Shown here: positions 53,301 through 64,000 of the stretch, one piece after another
Layout of the letters: each line of letters starts with the position of its first letter
Numbering within the stretch: the first letter of the stretch is position 1
Origin: Lingula anatina
Lineage: Eukaryota; Animalia; Brachiopoda
Direction of reading: 5' to 3'
Assembly: GCA_051362555.1 (NCBI GenBank)
Contig: CM120640.1
Coordinates: forward strand, 42,386,788-42,450,787
DNA length: 64,000 nt
Position numbers and translations under genes: made by a program
The notes under the pieces: generated by a model
Database searches by the model: none
What the model was told of the DNA's origin: nothing
What the model saw: only the letters and a program-made list of their open reading frames with translations

Positions 53301-56300
53301 ACCCCACCACCTATCCCACCTTCACATTCTGAATCTCATGAGAATTGAATGTTTTTCTCAAATACTAAAAGCTGACATTTTTCATTTCTTGATTTAAACT
53401 AAAATGTTCATGAAATTCATAGTAAATGAGTCACACTTCACAGTAAATAGCTGTCATGTTGGTTAAATTTAAAAAGAAACATGCACAGGTGCTAAAATTT
53501 GACTTAAGAAGGCATATTTGACACTAAATTGTCTTTTTCTAAATATGGAAGGATTTCTGAAAATTGATCAACCATCACAATTTACTCAGTTCAATATTGA
53601 AACAACTTTCTCTTTAAAACTATTCAACAATTTGACTGAGAAACTGAAAAACTCCTGCATTGTTTGCAAAAGAATAATGATACAAGGTACAGAAAACAAA
53701 TAAATCATACCATTCTATTAAAAAATTATCTGAGATATATCATGGGCTTATTTGGACTTAAAAGTAAATATTGCTATTTGACAAAGAAGTATATAAAAGT
53801 GTACACTTACTGCAACAAATTCATTCAGCCACATCTTCAGCATTCGCTCAGGCTGAAATTAAACAAGTAAAAAGAAATCAACATCCTCATTTTATTCTAA
53901 ACCCATAAAAAATTCAAGACATCATACATACTTCACTGCTGGTGATACTAGTAGCACAGATCAAGGCAGTCAACTTTGGCCACTGCATACCTTCAATACA
54001 ATTCAAAATGTCCACATTAAACGCACTGACAAATACAGCAAAAAATGAATAAAATCACAAAAGAATAAAAAGCATATAGCCAGGATAAAATAATAACAAT
54101 GAATTACACATGTGTATATATATACATGTTGTACAAATGACATCAATGAGTTAGTACAAAGCGTCCCATGCAAAAAACTATGTATCTATTTATAAGGGGT
54201 TTCTACTGCATGCATCATATCTATCCAAACACAATAAGGCAATTAGGTTGGCATTGTCACAGTGAAGCCAAAGACAACTCAAGCCATCTACATTTGCCTT
54301 GTAGCCAACTTCATCTTATAAAAAAGGTATATTAAACTACAAACAATTGAAACTTTTACATTTTTCCATTTGTTCTACCATGGCCATCTCTAAGCATTAG
54401 ATTGCAGTTTTGTTACTTTTCTCTACCATGGGCACTGGCAGCATATAATCATAGCTATACATCCCCCAAACTTGACAAAAGACATCAAAACTAGTTGAAC
54501 CAACCACCATTACTTCACATAACATTGACTTAATACATTAAGAAAATGGTTAGTTTTACCAATCGAAAAAGCTAAAGGCTGAAATATAAAACCTGCTCAA
54601 ATTTATTCCAACTTTGTAGTTCTTTCATTGATATTGCCCTCTTTAAATCCACCCCACTTATCTACAACACTGGTGAAAATTCTTTGAAACAAATTTTAAG
54701 CCAAACATTAATAAAGCACTTTAAAAGGCACTGCAAAGAGAAATTGAATTTAACTGCTTATTTATCATAGTTGGACTTTAAAAAACTGCATTAAAAAATA
54801 TAGTTTCTAAGAAAACATACGTGACTTAGTGCTTATAGGGTGAATACTAAAAGTGATAAATAATAAGTTAGGAAAGTACTTAGTTATAAGAGAAAAAATC
54901 CCGTGCTGTTATGAAAACACCATTTTCCTGCAAATAGATGGGATCATGTCTGACAACAAAATGCAGGTCCTTGCTCAAAAATTGAAACACTTCAACTGTG
55001 TCAGCACATACCGTGAAGTCAGTTAAGCTGGGTCCTTCCCGGGAAAGCTAGAAGACAAACAAAGTATGCTGAAATTACTACAAAAAGGTTAAAGAAACCT
55101 CAAGAAAAAACAGATGAGGTAATGGATGATTATGGGTGACAAGAAATCATTAGTAGGTGCTTTATCGGGAAGGTATGAAATTATGATTGGTGCACATATC
55201 AGTCTGGTAAGAGTGGATAACTAAACACTAAAGAATTGCACTGATTAGATACCATTTTGGAAATGATGTATTTTATAATAAGGTAATGGCTGCTGGGAAA
55301 TTAAACAGTATGGGCAGATGGGTAGGAGTGGTATCATAATAACCTGTCCAGTGATATATACTCTGCTATCCTATATTTACTTTCTCTTGGAGGTCTGGAC
55401 AAGAGCAGTTAGCCAACAAATTTGGAACAGTTACTACAGAATGCCCCGAGCTTCAGTTCTGATGTATGCCAGCTTCTTCATTTTCAAATCTACACATATG
55501 TGCGCTTATCTGCATCTGACCGTCGCTGACACTAGACTCAAGTTTTCCAGGACGATCACAAATACATATATTTAATAATCAAATACTAAGTTTCCGTAAA
55601 AGACCATGACCATTAACACACCCACTAAACTGGTGCTGCCACCTAGGTCATAGAAAGTTGGGAGCAGGTCCCACTGCACACATTTTAAGATGGCAAACTT
55701 GTCGGTCAGAATATTGTTAATATTACAACTTGTCTTGAAATTGGTGGCAAATAGTTATGCTTTATGGCTTTCAAATCAAACAAAAGAGTCCATGTAATAT
55801 GCGTCTCTGTCTAGTGAACCTGCATATAACAAAACTCTTTACAATGTCTGAACTGTATAAAACAAGCACTGAGAAAGTGACGTTAGTTTATTGTGTTTCT
55901 GTCTATTGAACATGCACATTATAAAACTAATGACAATGTCCGAATTGAATTAAACGAGTACCATCAAATTGTCTTAGTTTATTGCCTTTTTGTCTGCTGG
56001 ACATATAACAAAACTATTTAAAACAAAGCACTGTTTATACATGACCCATGACTGACAGATACATGGGGAGTTCGCTGAAGGTCAAATCCCGATAAGCCAG
56101 CACGTGAAAATTTAAATACCAAGAAGCTAGTCCGCATTGGGTCTGAAACTCGAGCAATTAAAGATAAGATTAGGCGAGCAAATGCTTCCTGAGAGACATT
56201 CTCAGGAGATTTAAATTCTAACATAAGATCTATTGGCAAAAATGACAAATAGACAATAAAATGTAGATAATCACACTACAAAATGACTGGATACATAACA

Positions 56301-59300
56301 AAAACTCATCTTATGTCATCTCACCAAATACAATTACACTTTATATTGCACAGCAAGGCTAAGTCTCCAAATCACTGCTGTCATATCAATATAAGTAGTA
56401 AATCAAAGGAAATTTGCAGAGTGACGCTAGCAATGGAGTGAAAACATGTGGGTGAGGATGGGAATGGCTGATACATTATGAAACAAATCTCAATCTATTT
56501 TAGCTTAATAGAATACGGTAATAAAAATGAAAATGAAATCATACTGCTTCATTTCACCTGAGATATCATAAATCACTGGTAAATCAAAAAGCCAAGCGTT
56601 AATTTTTACTGACAATTATTTTATTTAGAGGTGATTGCCTTTCTATTTACATACATGAAAAACAAAATTAAATGTATAAGAACAGATAAACAGGAATTAA
56701 GAACAAGGATTTAAAAACTAATAATGTGGCAGATTCTTTGACATGAATTCATTTAAAAAGATTATGGCACATGTGGTATCCAGGTTACGTAGCACCACCA
56801 TGTAATTACCTCTTAATCCCACAAAAAAAGTTTGGTCAAAGATGTTGAAATCCACAAGTACCTCTAGAGAATATCTAAAAAATATTGAGTTTCCCCCTTG
56901 TTAAAACAGGTTATTGTTCTTACATTGAGTATTTCCTCGTATCAAACATAAACAACCAATATAAAGCATTATCTCTGCATTTAGTTTGTTATCAAAGGGG
57001 AGAACATTGTCACCTAATCACGATGATGAATACACATTTGAGTAGGTGATTGTCAGGATAAAATGGAATGACCTGTGGTTAGCCAATGACCAATGTCTTT
57101 AAAAAGTGGCTGCTGATAACTTGATAGACTTAGGTCTTCCAAAGCAAAGTTTATAGATTAATACAGCGAATATAAAAATAAGTCTGTTCTCCCATCAGCT
57201 TGTTACCTGTACTCAACAGCACTTTCGCAAATAGCACACCTTTCTGTTCACCTGTTCTAGAAATGACATTTGGATTCTAATTATGTGGGATATCAAGTGA
57301 TATAGTTTGGGACTGTAACATTAATAAACCATCTGTACATCTATTGCTAAGTTCTTTTCATTTCTTTTACTTCCTATCGCTTCTTATCATTATGCTAAAC
57401 ATCACAGACAGAAAATGACTAGCTTGTTGAACATTTAGTACCATGAAGTGACTGTATACTTTGGCTGAAGAATATGTGCAATGTTCATGAGATTTAACCC
57501 ACTGCATTGAGTGATCTATCAATAGCCAACTCTAATAAAAATGTGCCAACACTGCTGGGACTGGCTTAACACTGAGTGATACAGGTTCTTAACTGCTGTG
57601 CTTGTAATATAAAGAGGTCTGGTACTTCAACAAAAAGGGCCATTCAATATTTGCACTGGTCTTACCCGCACAGGTCAAGTGCAGGAGAAAATTGACGTTA
57701 TGACCAACTTCTACACCACTACTTTGATAAATTCACATTAAAATAAACTCTAAACTGATTACAAATGCAAAATACCAATATCCATGATAATTTGTGTCTT
57801 ATTTAGAACAACAAAAAGGTCAATTTGAATATTAACTACAGACTGAAATGAATCTTCTGAGTGGAGAAGATATACAGGGCTTTCAAAATAACCTGCACAT
57901 TTTACAAGAAGATATAACTAACATTTTATTCATCAAACTGTGAGAGGGTGATATTATATATCATCTGATAAACCAATTGATAAACGTTTTCCTTTGTGCT
58001 GAATATCAAAAAACAAAATCTCACCAACAGCCCACAAATGATATGATATGGAAAACATGACTCCATGCTTTGTGGTCTGCTTGGCACAGAGCTACAAACA
58101 CTTAACATGAACCACAAAATGTTATTCTAATTCAATAAAAATAAAAATCTTGACTGGCAGGTAATACAACTAGCCATCAGAGACATACACTGTACAACAC
58201 CAAAGGGGGCTAAAACACAGCTATGCAAAATTAAATCCATACAAACATTTTAGGATGCCTTAGGCAACAAAAAGGGAAATGATATTTTATTTATAGTGAT
58301 ATCTGAATCCCTGCCACCACTGGTACATATCAACCTAACCTATGCTTGCTCTCAGAACAACCTTCTCAATGGTGACTCTACAAAATGAACAACACAGTGC
58401 CCTTATTTCTGGCACGTATTTTCCACCACAAGCATTAACAATAAATTCTTTTGTACAGACATGCAATTCATCATTTATCTGTAGCAGAAACCTATGAATC
58501 TATACTGTGGTAGATAGCAAGCTCCCAGGCCATAAAATATGCCAACAATACGATGTAAGACTCAAATATACTGAATAATAAAGGAAAACCAATATTTACA
58601 GCAAGACTCAGAAAGGGGAATTTATACCCTGAACCTGTTGGTTTTTTTGTTAACCTGGTTGGCCAAGAATCAACTGCTTTATTTCTGACCAAGACATTTT
58701 CTTTCTGATCAATGACAGAACAATTTCCAATGCTTTAAATGTATGCAGGTGGCCTACTTAAGGTAATACTGTCAAGGAATTATCTGAAGTCTAAATAGAT
58801 ATAGTGTTTCAGTTCACATGCAATGTTTAATAAAATGATTGCATACCCTGTATTGATTTTATGCCATCAACAATAATGGTACACATTACGAGAAGCAACA
58901 ATATATAGTAAACGGAGTCGTGCACACAAACAGCAAAACCAGTACGTGTATTTAACAGTTTGTTTCAAAGTGTTTCATCAGCTATGTAATTTCAATAGAA
59001 AGATAAAAGTTTCTCTCTACAATACATTTAGAAATGAACTGATTCCTTACCAGCCAATATTCTGTCTATTTACAGCCAGGCTTCAGGGAATGGGGTGGCA
59101 AAAGTGGAGGGGGGAGGGAGAAATTAACTGAATGACAACTTGGAGGGGGTAGTCTATCTCACCTACCACAGCTTCACATTGACAATATAACTAGATTTCC
59201 ATTATACCCTTAAGAAGCCCTGACAAAAAATACAGTTGAGGTTATAGTTATCCTACTTTAGAAGAACTGTACCCTTATTGTTACAACAGGGTGCAGAACT

Positions 59301-60006
59301 TAATATTTTTGCAAAGTTGTACATGACAAAGTAGACCTTACAACAGAATAAGCTACTTGTCAAGTGGGTCTGTAGAGGTCCACAACAGAAATGCACTTCA
59401 GTTGTAGCATTCACTAATGGCTGCAGGTGTTTGATCAACACCCCAAAATGGTGTATAAACTGACCTAGTCCAACATCAGCAAGATTTCTAGGGGGTGTGT
59501 TATGAGATGGTGTGAAATAGAAGGGGTTAAGGGGTGGGTGGGTGTTTATGCCTCGCCATATGTCTGCATTATGACTTTGTGTAAATAAATATTGTAAACC
59601 ATTAGCATCAGCCGGCCGTCATTGTGCGAAAAAAACTGAGTGCAATGTGATCTAATGTAGTGCCAAAAACCAAGTTTAAAAAGTTAGGCAAAAGTGAGAA
59701 ATAAATTTGTAAGGGCAACACTATGAGTAACTAAAGTATACCGACTTGGCAGCTTCATAGTTTCATAACGTAACGTGGGAACAAGCCGGTGAGCGGGCAC
59801 CACTGGGCAAAATGATTGAGTGTGGGTTAATTTTAACATATTCACGTGAAGCATAGCCACATCTCAGATCTTGTTACAACGGCTATTACATGCACAGTGC
59901 AGGAAGACTGTTCAATACTCACATCTTCAAATATTGACCCCACATTAGCTGTGATCAGCATCACTTTGGATGTCAAATCCGTCGTGTGCTCAAGTAAGGG
60001 AGCCAT
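25614..60006 (-). CDS. INPP5A: Type I inositol 1,4,5-trisphosphate 5-phosphatase, 16 exons, 673 aa (CaaX isoform)
   Basis: Exons (minus): 60006-59923, 53852-53811, 43615-43515, 43259-43172, 42354-42291, 36605-36574, 36413-36342, 36145-36093, 35883-35820, 34709-34654, 33915-33831, 33471-33298, 31056-30983, 27262-27154, 26933-26871, 26474-25614. They join in frame (2022 nt). Motifs ITANVGSIFED, HMQEVGGKNYE, WSRKGFIRTRW, FDLINIHLFHD, FGDFNFRLD, FPPSYPFSE, TRCPGWCDRI, CMGDHKP and C-terminal CVLQ. Confidence 0.95.
27323..29767. mobile_element. Non-autonomous TIR DNA transposon (~2.4 kb) in INPP5A intron 13, probably PHIS group (Harbinger/ISL2EU/Spy related)
   Basis: Perfect 18-bp TIR AAGGATGAGTGCGAATAA at 27323 and inverted ending at 29767, each followed by AAAGTGCCCA. 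Encloses a SWIM-finger coding relic. Confidence 0.75.
28165..28465 (-). pseudogene. Degenerate SWIM zinc-finger transposon protein fragment
   Basis: EVYHIKQASQYSDEHLLDGQFEISVCKDAPDLIRAKI, frameshift, then RHTSSHQYTLWIQ...ISSWY*QCKAGSKTVGSCAHITSVLWYMGFA. This is a CxC...CxH SWIM signature with the first Cys codon mutated to TGA. Confidence 0.75.
29880..30037. mobile_element. Short MITE (~158 bp) with CAGG...CCTG termini
   Basis: TIR CAGGCCTGTAGCCAG / CTGGCTACGGGCCTG (1 mismatch). Internal duplication of AAAAAGGTCCACT. Flanks GTACT/GCACT may be an imperfect TSD. Confidence 0.7.
31191..33094 (-). mobile_element. Helentron-associated non-autonomous element (HINE/DINE-1-like) with internal tandem array
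   Basis: 11-bp subterminal inverted repeats GTACCACCAGC (31229-31239) and GCTGGTGGTAC (33083-33093). Terminal palindrome 33065-33094. Stem-loop AGAGGCG-atac-CGCCTCT at 31204-31221. A-rich flanks on + (TT target on -). Confidence 0.78.
31580..32330. repeat. ~5 copies of a ~146-bp tandem repeat inside the HINE-like element
   Basis: AGTAGGTCAAA anchor recurs at 31649, 31783, 31930, 32076 and 32221 (periods 134, 147, 146, 145). Shared core TATGACTTCCTATTCAAGTTCAATAGTAACTATGG. Confidence 0.92.
34185..34483. mobile_element. Old MITE with long imperfect terminal inverted repeats (~300 bp)
   Basis: Left taagttgcatatagaacagatgatc...taaatatggctgaccccacttaaaa matches the reverse complement of the right end, taagatggcattcagaacaagctgatc...taaatatggccaaaccacttaaaa. 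Confidence 0.6.
37436..41213 (+). mobile_element. TTAA-flanked DNA transposon, Sola3-like, degenerate (3.8 kb), in INPP5A intron 5
   Basis: TTAA at 37432-37435 and 41214-41217. TIR left GAGCGCGTCCATGA...CAGTCAGAAGGTGGCAAGGTGGGGGTCAGCAGATTT; right (revcomp) GTGTGTGTCCATGA...CAGTCAGAGGGTGGCAAGGTGGGGGTCAACAGATTT. Internal exon-like + strand fragments with stops at ~38197-39970. Confidence 0.72.
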
Positions 60007-60207
60007 CTCGACTCACACGCCCGCGCTCGACTGTGTTTCAGGGATGCAAGATCACTAGTAATGCTTTGGTTCTGTTTTCACGTTTTCGAGGCCATAGCCG
60101 AAGCAACTTCCGTAGGAAATCCTAGAGGAAACTGAGGAATTTTTCATAAGAAACAGCATCCCTGCTTCCTCCAGCAGATCGACTGTGCGAACATACACAC
60201 AGATTGC

Positions 60208-60215
60208 TGACGTCA
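60208..60215. promoter_or_regulatory. Full CRE palindrome in the CpG-enriched INPP5A promoter region
   Basis: TGACGTCA ~200 bp upstream of the INPP5A ATG (60006), within a locally CpG-rich stretch. Confidence 0.4.
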
Positions 60216-61645
60216 AACGAAATGTGAATTTTGCCGTGGTAACAAATCGAAACTAGGTCAAGCAGAGGAGGAGTCAATTTCCACCACAACTAACACAATC
60301 ACTCTGACCACTTGAACGAGACATGTTCATTGTGCTTGAGCATCCAATGTGATGTGGATGTGTATATGAAACATAATAGGCCATATTGTATTCTAGCACT
60401 TCATTTTATTGTCCAGTGTAAAGTACACAGCAGTTCATCGTAAACTGAAGCACCTGCAATAAGTAGCCCAACAGCAACCTAACACATTTTATCATGTTTC
60501 TGGCAGACCCCATTAAAAAACTGAAATGTTATCGTTCATCAATTTTACATAAAAAAAGTCAATTTGAGAATGCATTTATTGCTTGGTTCGTCCACCACCA
60601 ATATTTTACATCTTACATCCCATACCAACAAAGATTTATATCTATTGTATTGAAAAACAAAATTAAATATCTCACCAAAATTTAAATAACAATAAAACAG
60701 AAGCACACATTTCAAACCACATTAATATGTTACAGCACATTAGGCAAAATTACTTAACTTGACTAAATTACTAAATTTGATGGTGCATGTGTATAATTGG
60801 GAATTGTGCATTACACTAACATTTTAAGATAATTTTATTTAACCTAAATATTGAGCACCTAAGGAGATTTTTGCAAAGTTCAAAACACAACCATTTTTAT
60901 TTACTGAAAGAAGTAACAGTACCATTATATTTAGAGTTATTGGATTCAAGTACCTTTGTAGACTTATATTGCCATTATGTCATATTTACTATGACAGAGT
61001 ATGTAACAGCCGAACATTTCAAACTTTCTTAAGGTAAAGTTTAACCATTACTTAAACAATATACTTGTAACTATGGTATTCAAACTAATGTTTTGAGTAA
61101 CAAAACTTCAATATCATATTACTGAACACAGTTTGTGAAAATGTTAGACATCTACAGTAGAAAGCTTATGGAAAAAAGACAGAATTCAATTCATAGCAGT
61201 ATGATTAAAGTGATGGCATAGCTAAGTATGCAAAGAGTCAAAATGATCCCAAAGAAAACATGACCCCAATGTACATACATTGTCTGCCATGCTTTTCTTT
61301 GTCAAAAGGGCCAAAACATCATGCTGTACAGATAAAATTGTGTTAATTCTTTTTAGAAACTCTTTCCTTGTTATTATTTTTATTAACCAATTCTGCCATT
61401 ATCCCCTGGTTATTTGTAAACCTTTGCGCACTAAGCTAGGTAACAATTGTGCATATCCTTGGCTTATTACAAAGTAGTTTACAATCTTTTGCTTTGTGAG
61501 TCGATTCTCAGTGGCTTTATCATCCGATTTCTGTACCTTTTTCCAATCCTTCATGATAAAAAAAATATTTTAAAGCTTAGAGCAGTTAGATACCAACTGT
61601 CTTTGATGGCAGTAAATGTTATCACTGTACAATGAATAGAAACAG

Positions 61646-63542
61646 CTAGTCATGTTTCAGCAGTTTGCTGTAATGCTGCTGCTGTTTTTGGATCATGTCT
61701 GGCTTTGGTTTTGTGCGCTTTAGCTGACCATCCCTGTAAAATAGAAGCCATTAAATTTATTGGTGTTAAAAACTATTTCTTGGAGTTTTTATTTTATTTA
61801 TTTATTTGTAATAAAATCCAAAACTTCTTGATATAAGTTTTAACATCTTTGGGTGTACTTGTTCCACAGCTTTAACAATAAGGGTCAGTTGACATATTTT
61901 ATAAGATTGTGGATTTTTTTTTTTTTTTTTTTTTTTTTTTGCTATTGGCTAATCACTAAAAAGATCAACAGCAGAAAAAATAAAGGTTTGGAGTTATTCT
62001 TTTACTCCAAAATATAATGCCTGTGTGGCCTTCATTTATATGAAATCAAAATGTAGGTAAATTCTAAGGTTAAGTATAAAGGTTATCATAAAACAAATAA
62101 ATGACAATATTCACCATTCTAAGTCTACTAGACCACCTGCTTGGGCTATCAACTGCTTCACTCTATTGGCAAACTGTATGGCATTTTCATCTTCCTAGAG
62201 ATACGAAAAATATGCTGTAAGATGAATATACCAAAATGTGAACTGAACTATTTTAGTTTCCCACAGTTACATACCCATTTTCTTATCATTTCAGCAAATA
62301 ATAATTTGGCTTTTGGATATTCAAATCCGGATTTTTTCTTTTAAGTTGAGCCACTGATGAAACAAATATTGCACATCACATAAATCATTCCACAAATTCA
62401 CATGTTTCTGTAGGTCACAATATCTGATGAACAACTTTTGTGGAACCACAGTGGAAGTAAGATCTAGTTTATTGTAGGGCATGTATCTTGAAAACTTATC
62501 ATCCAAACCAATAAAGTTTAACTTAAGTAAACAAATCAAGTAGCCCTTACTCTCTTCTTGACCGGTGGCAAGTACCACACGTCACACACTATGGCCCAGC
62601 TGGACATCATCATTAAGATATGCTTGACCATGCCCTGTTTACTACTATTCCAAAACGTGTCTGCAAATCGCAAATCATACTGAAATAATGGAGAAAAAGA
62701 ATTATACTATTGATAGGAAGTGTACTGTGATATATGAATGATGTTTCATAACATAACATGCTTTACCAAGAACATGATTTAATCAAACTAAATATCAACA
62801 AACTGAAAGTAAAAATGATCTGTTCAATGCCCGACGGTTCATTTATTCATGTTCAGTGGCTCATTTATTTGTGTTATAATACATACTTTAATAGCGATTG
62901 GAAAAATTGTGCACCCCACTTCAAAGCTCCCCTTTTTGAACATCATAACTGATGTGTTATTTATACATGTCCCTGTGAAAAAATAAAATCAACAGAAATG
63001 TTAGCAAATCTGAAAACTTCATAAAAACAACTTGATAAAATTAAGCAGAGTTAAAAGTTAATTTTAAGTAGAAAAGATAGAATCATTTTATTTTTTTATC
63101 TTCAGAAGTTACTTCTAAAAACATTCCCTGTTGCAAAAGGTTAACTATACAATTGGGAACTGTGCACTACAGTAAAGACAACAATTTTATCATTTAACAG
63201 CAAAACCTATTTTACCCTCTGGAAAAATAAGCACTGGCAAATTCTCTGGATCACTGACATGTTCTTGCAGTCTGAAAAAAATGGAGTTTTTTGACATGAC
63301 TCATGTATAACAAAATATGCATGCTAAGTTGAATGTGGCACTGATGGTTTTTAAACATGATTAATGGTCAAGATATGATCAATTCTTTTCTTTTTATCTA
63401 ATTCAATAAAAATTTCCTAAGTTTACCTTCTAGCTACTGCACTTCTATCTCTGACTTCTGATCTTTCAAACCAAATGTGACTTGTAGCTCTAGACAATGC
63501 TCTCTGCAGTAGCCCCAGGAAGCCCCCGTGTGACTGACCAAC
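61646..63542 (-). CDS. GPAT4: Glycerol-3-phosphate acyltransferase 3/4 (AGPAT9/AGPAT6 family), 3' six exons; 5' part lies beyond the window
   Basis: Exons (minus) 63542-63427, 63271-63216, 62972-62887, 62679-62551, 62194-62115, 61733-61646 in frame: VGQSHGGFLG...HIWFERSEVRDR...LPVLIFPEGTCINNTSVMMFKKGSFE...FWNSSK...MMSSWAIVCDVWYLPP...QFANRVK...GGLVDLEWDGQLKR...YSKLLKHD*. Confidence 0.94.
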
Positions 63543-64000
63543 CTAGAAATAATAACCATAGTTTTTGATAAAAAGAATGTGGTTGAGGGGTAGAGGGATA
63601 GCATTTTCCATTCACTCAATCATAACCATTGATAAATACTGCTAAAAAATACCTTACATTAAAATCTACTCAAAATTCAGCTTGTTTTTAAACCTTTCAA
63701 TTTCATATTTTCTTATGGTAATAGACTTGTTGACATCATGCTCAATGACCTTGGATCCTAAATGAATACAGGCTTTTATTGACACTATCATTGAGTGACC
63801 TTGGAATTTATCATATTATGACTGGAAATACATTTATGTCCAACATCCTTGTGAGGAGCTATTTGTTAACCCAAAGTATAAAACTGATTACACGGTCTGT
63901 GAATAACTGTGTTTACTGCATACAGACACTGAGCAAGTATAAAAACATTAGTGGGTATCTATACACTAGGTATTAAACTAACCATAGCATAGCAATTATC

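Overview
AT-rich, intron-containing animal DNA, most likely a lophotrochozoan invertebrate such as a mollusc (inferred from repeat types and protein divergence). Exon structures were rebuilt by hand from splice signals and reading frames. Gene order: last coding exon of an unidentified gene (+), intronless LARP6 (-), DCTN3 (+, 7 exons, last intron U12-type), PWWP2-like (-, 2 exons), SORD (+, 9 exons), INPP5A (-, 16 exons over ~34 kb), and the 3' six exons of GPAT3/4 (-). INPP5A appears to have two alternative C-termini: a long tail ending in a CaaX box (CPCGCVLQ) and a downstream exon ending in a class I PDZ ligand (ETSV). Introns and intergenic DNA carry several non-autonomous or decayed mobile elements: a LINE ORF1 relic, Harbinger-like MITEs, a 2.4-kb TIR element with a dead SWIM-finger ORF, a Helentron/HINE-like element with ~146-bp tandem repeats, and a TTAA-flanked Sola3-like element. 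No rRNA, tRNA or CRISPR was seen. Homology calls come from remembered family motifs, not from searches.
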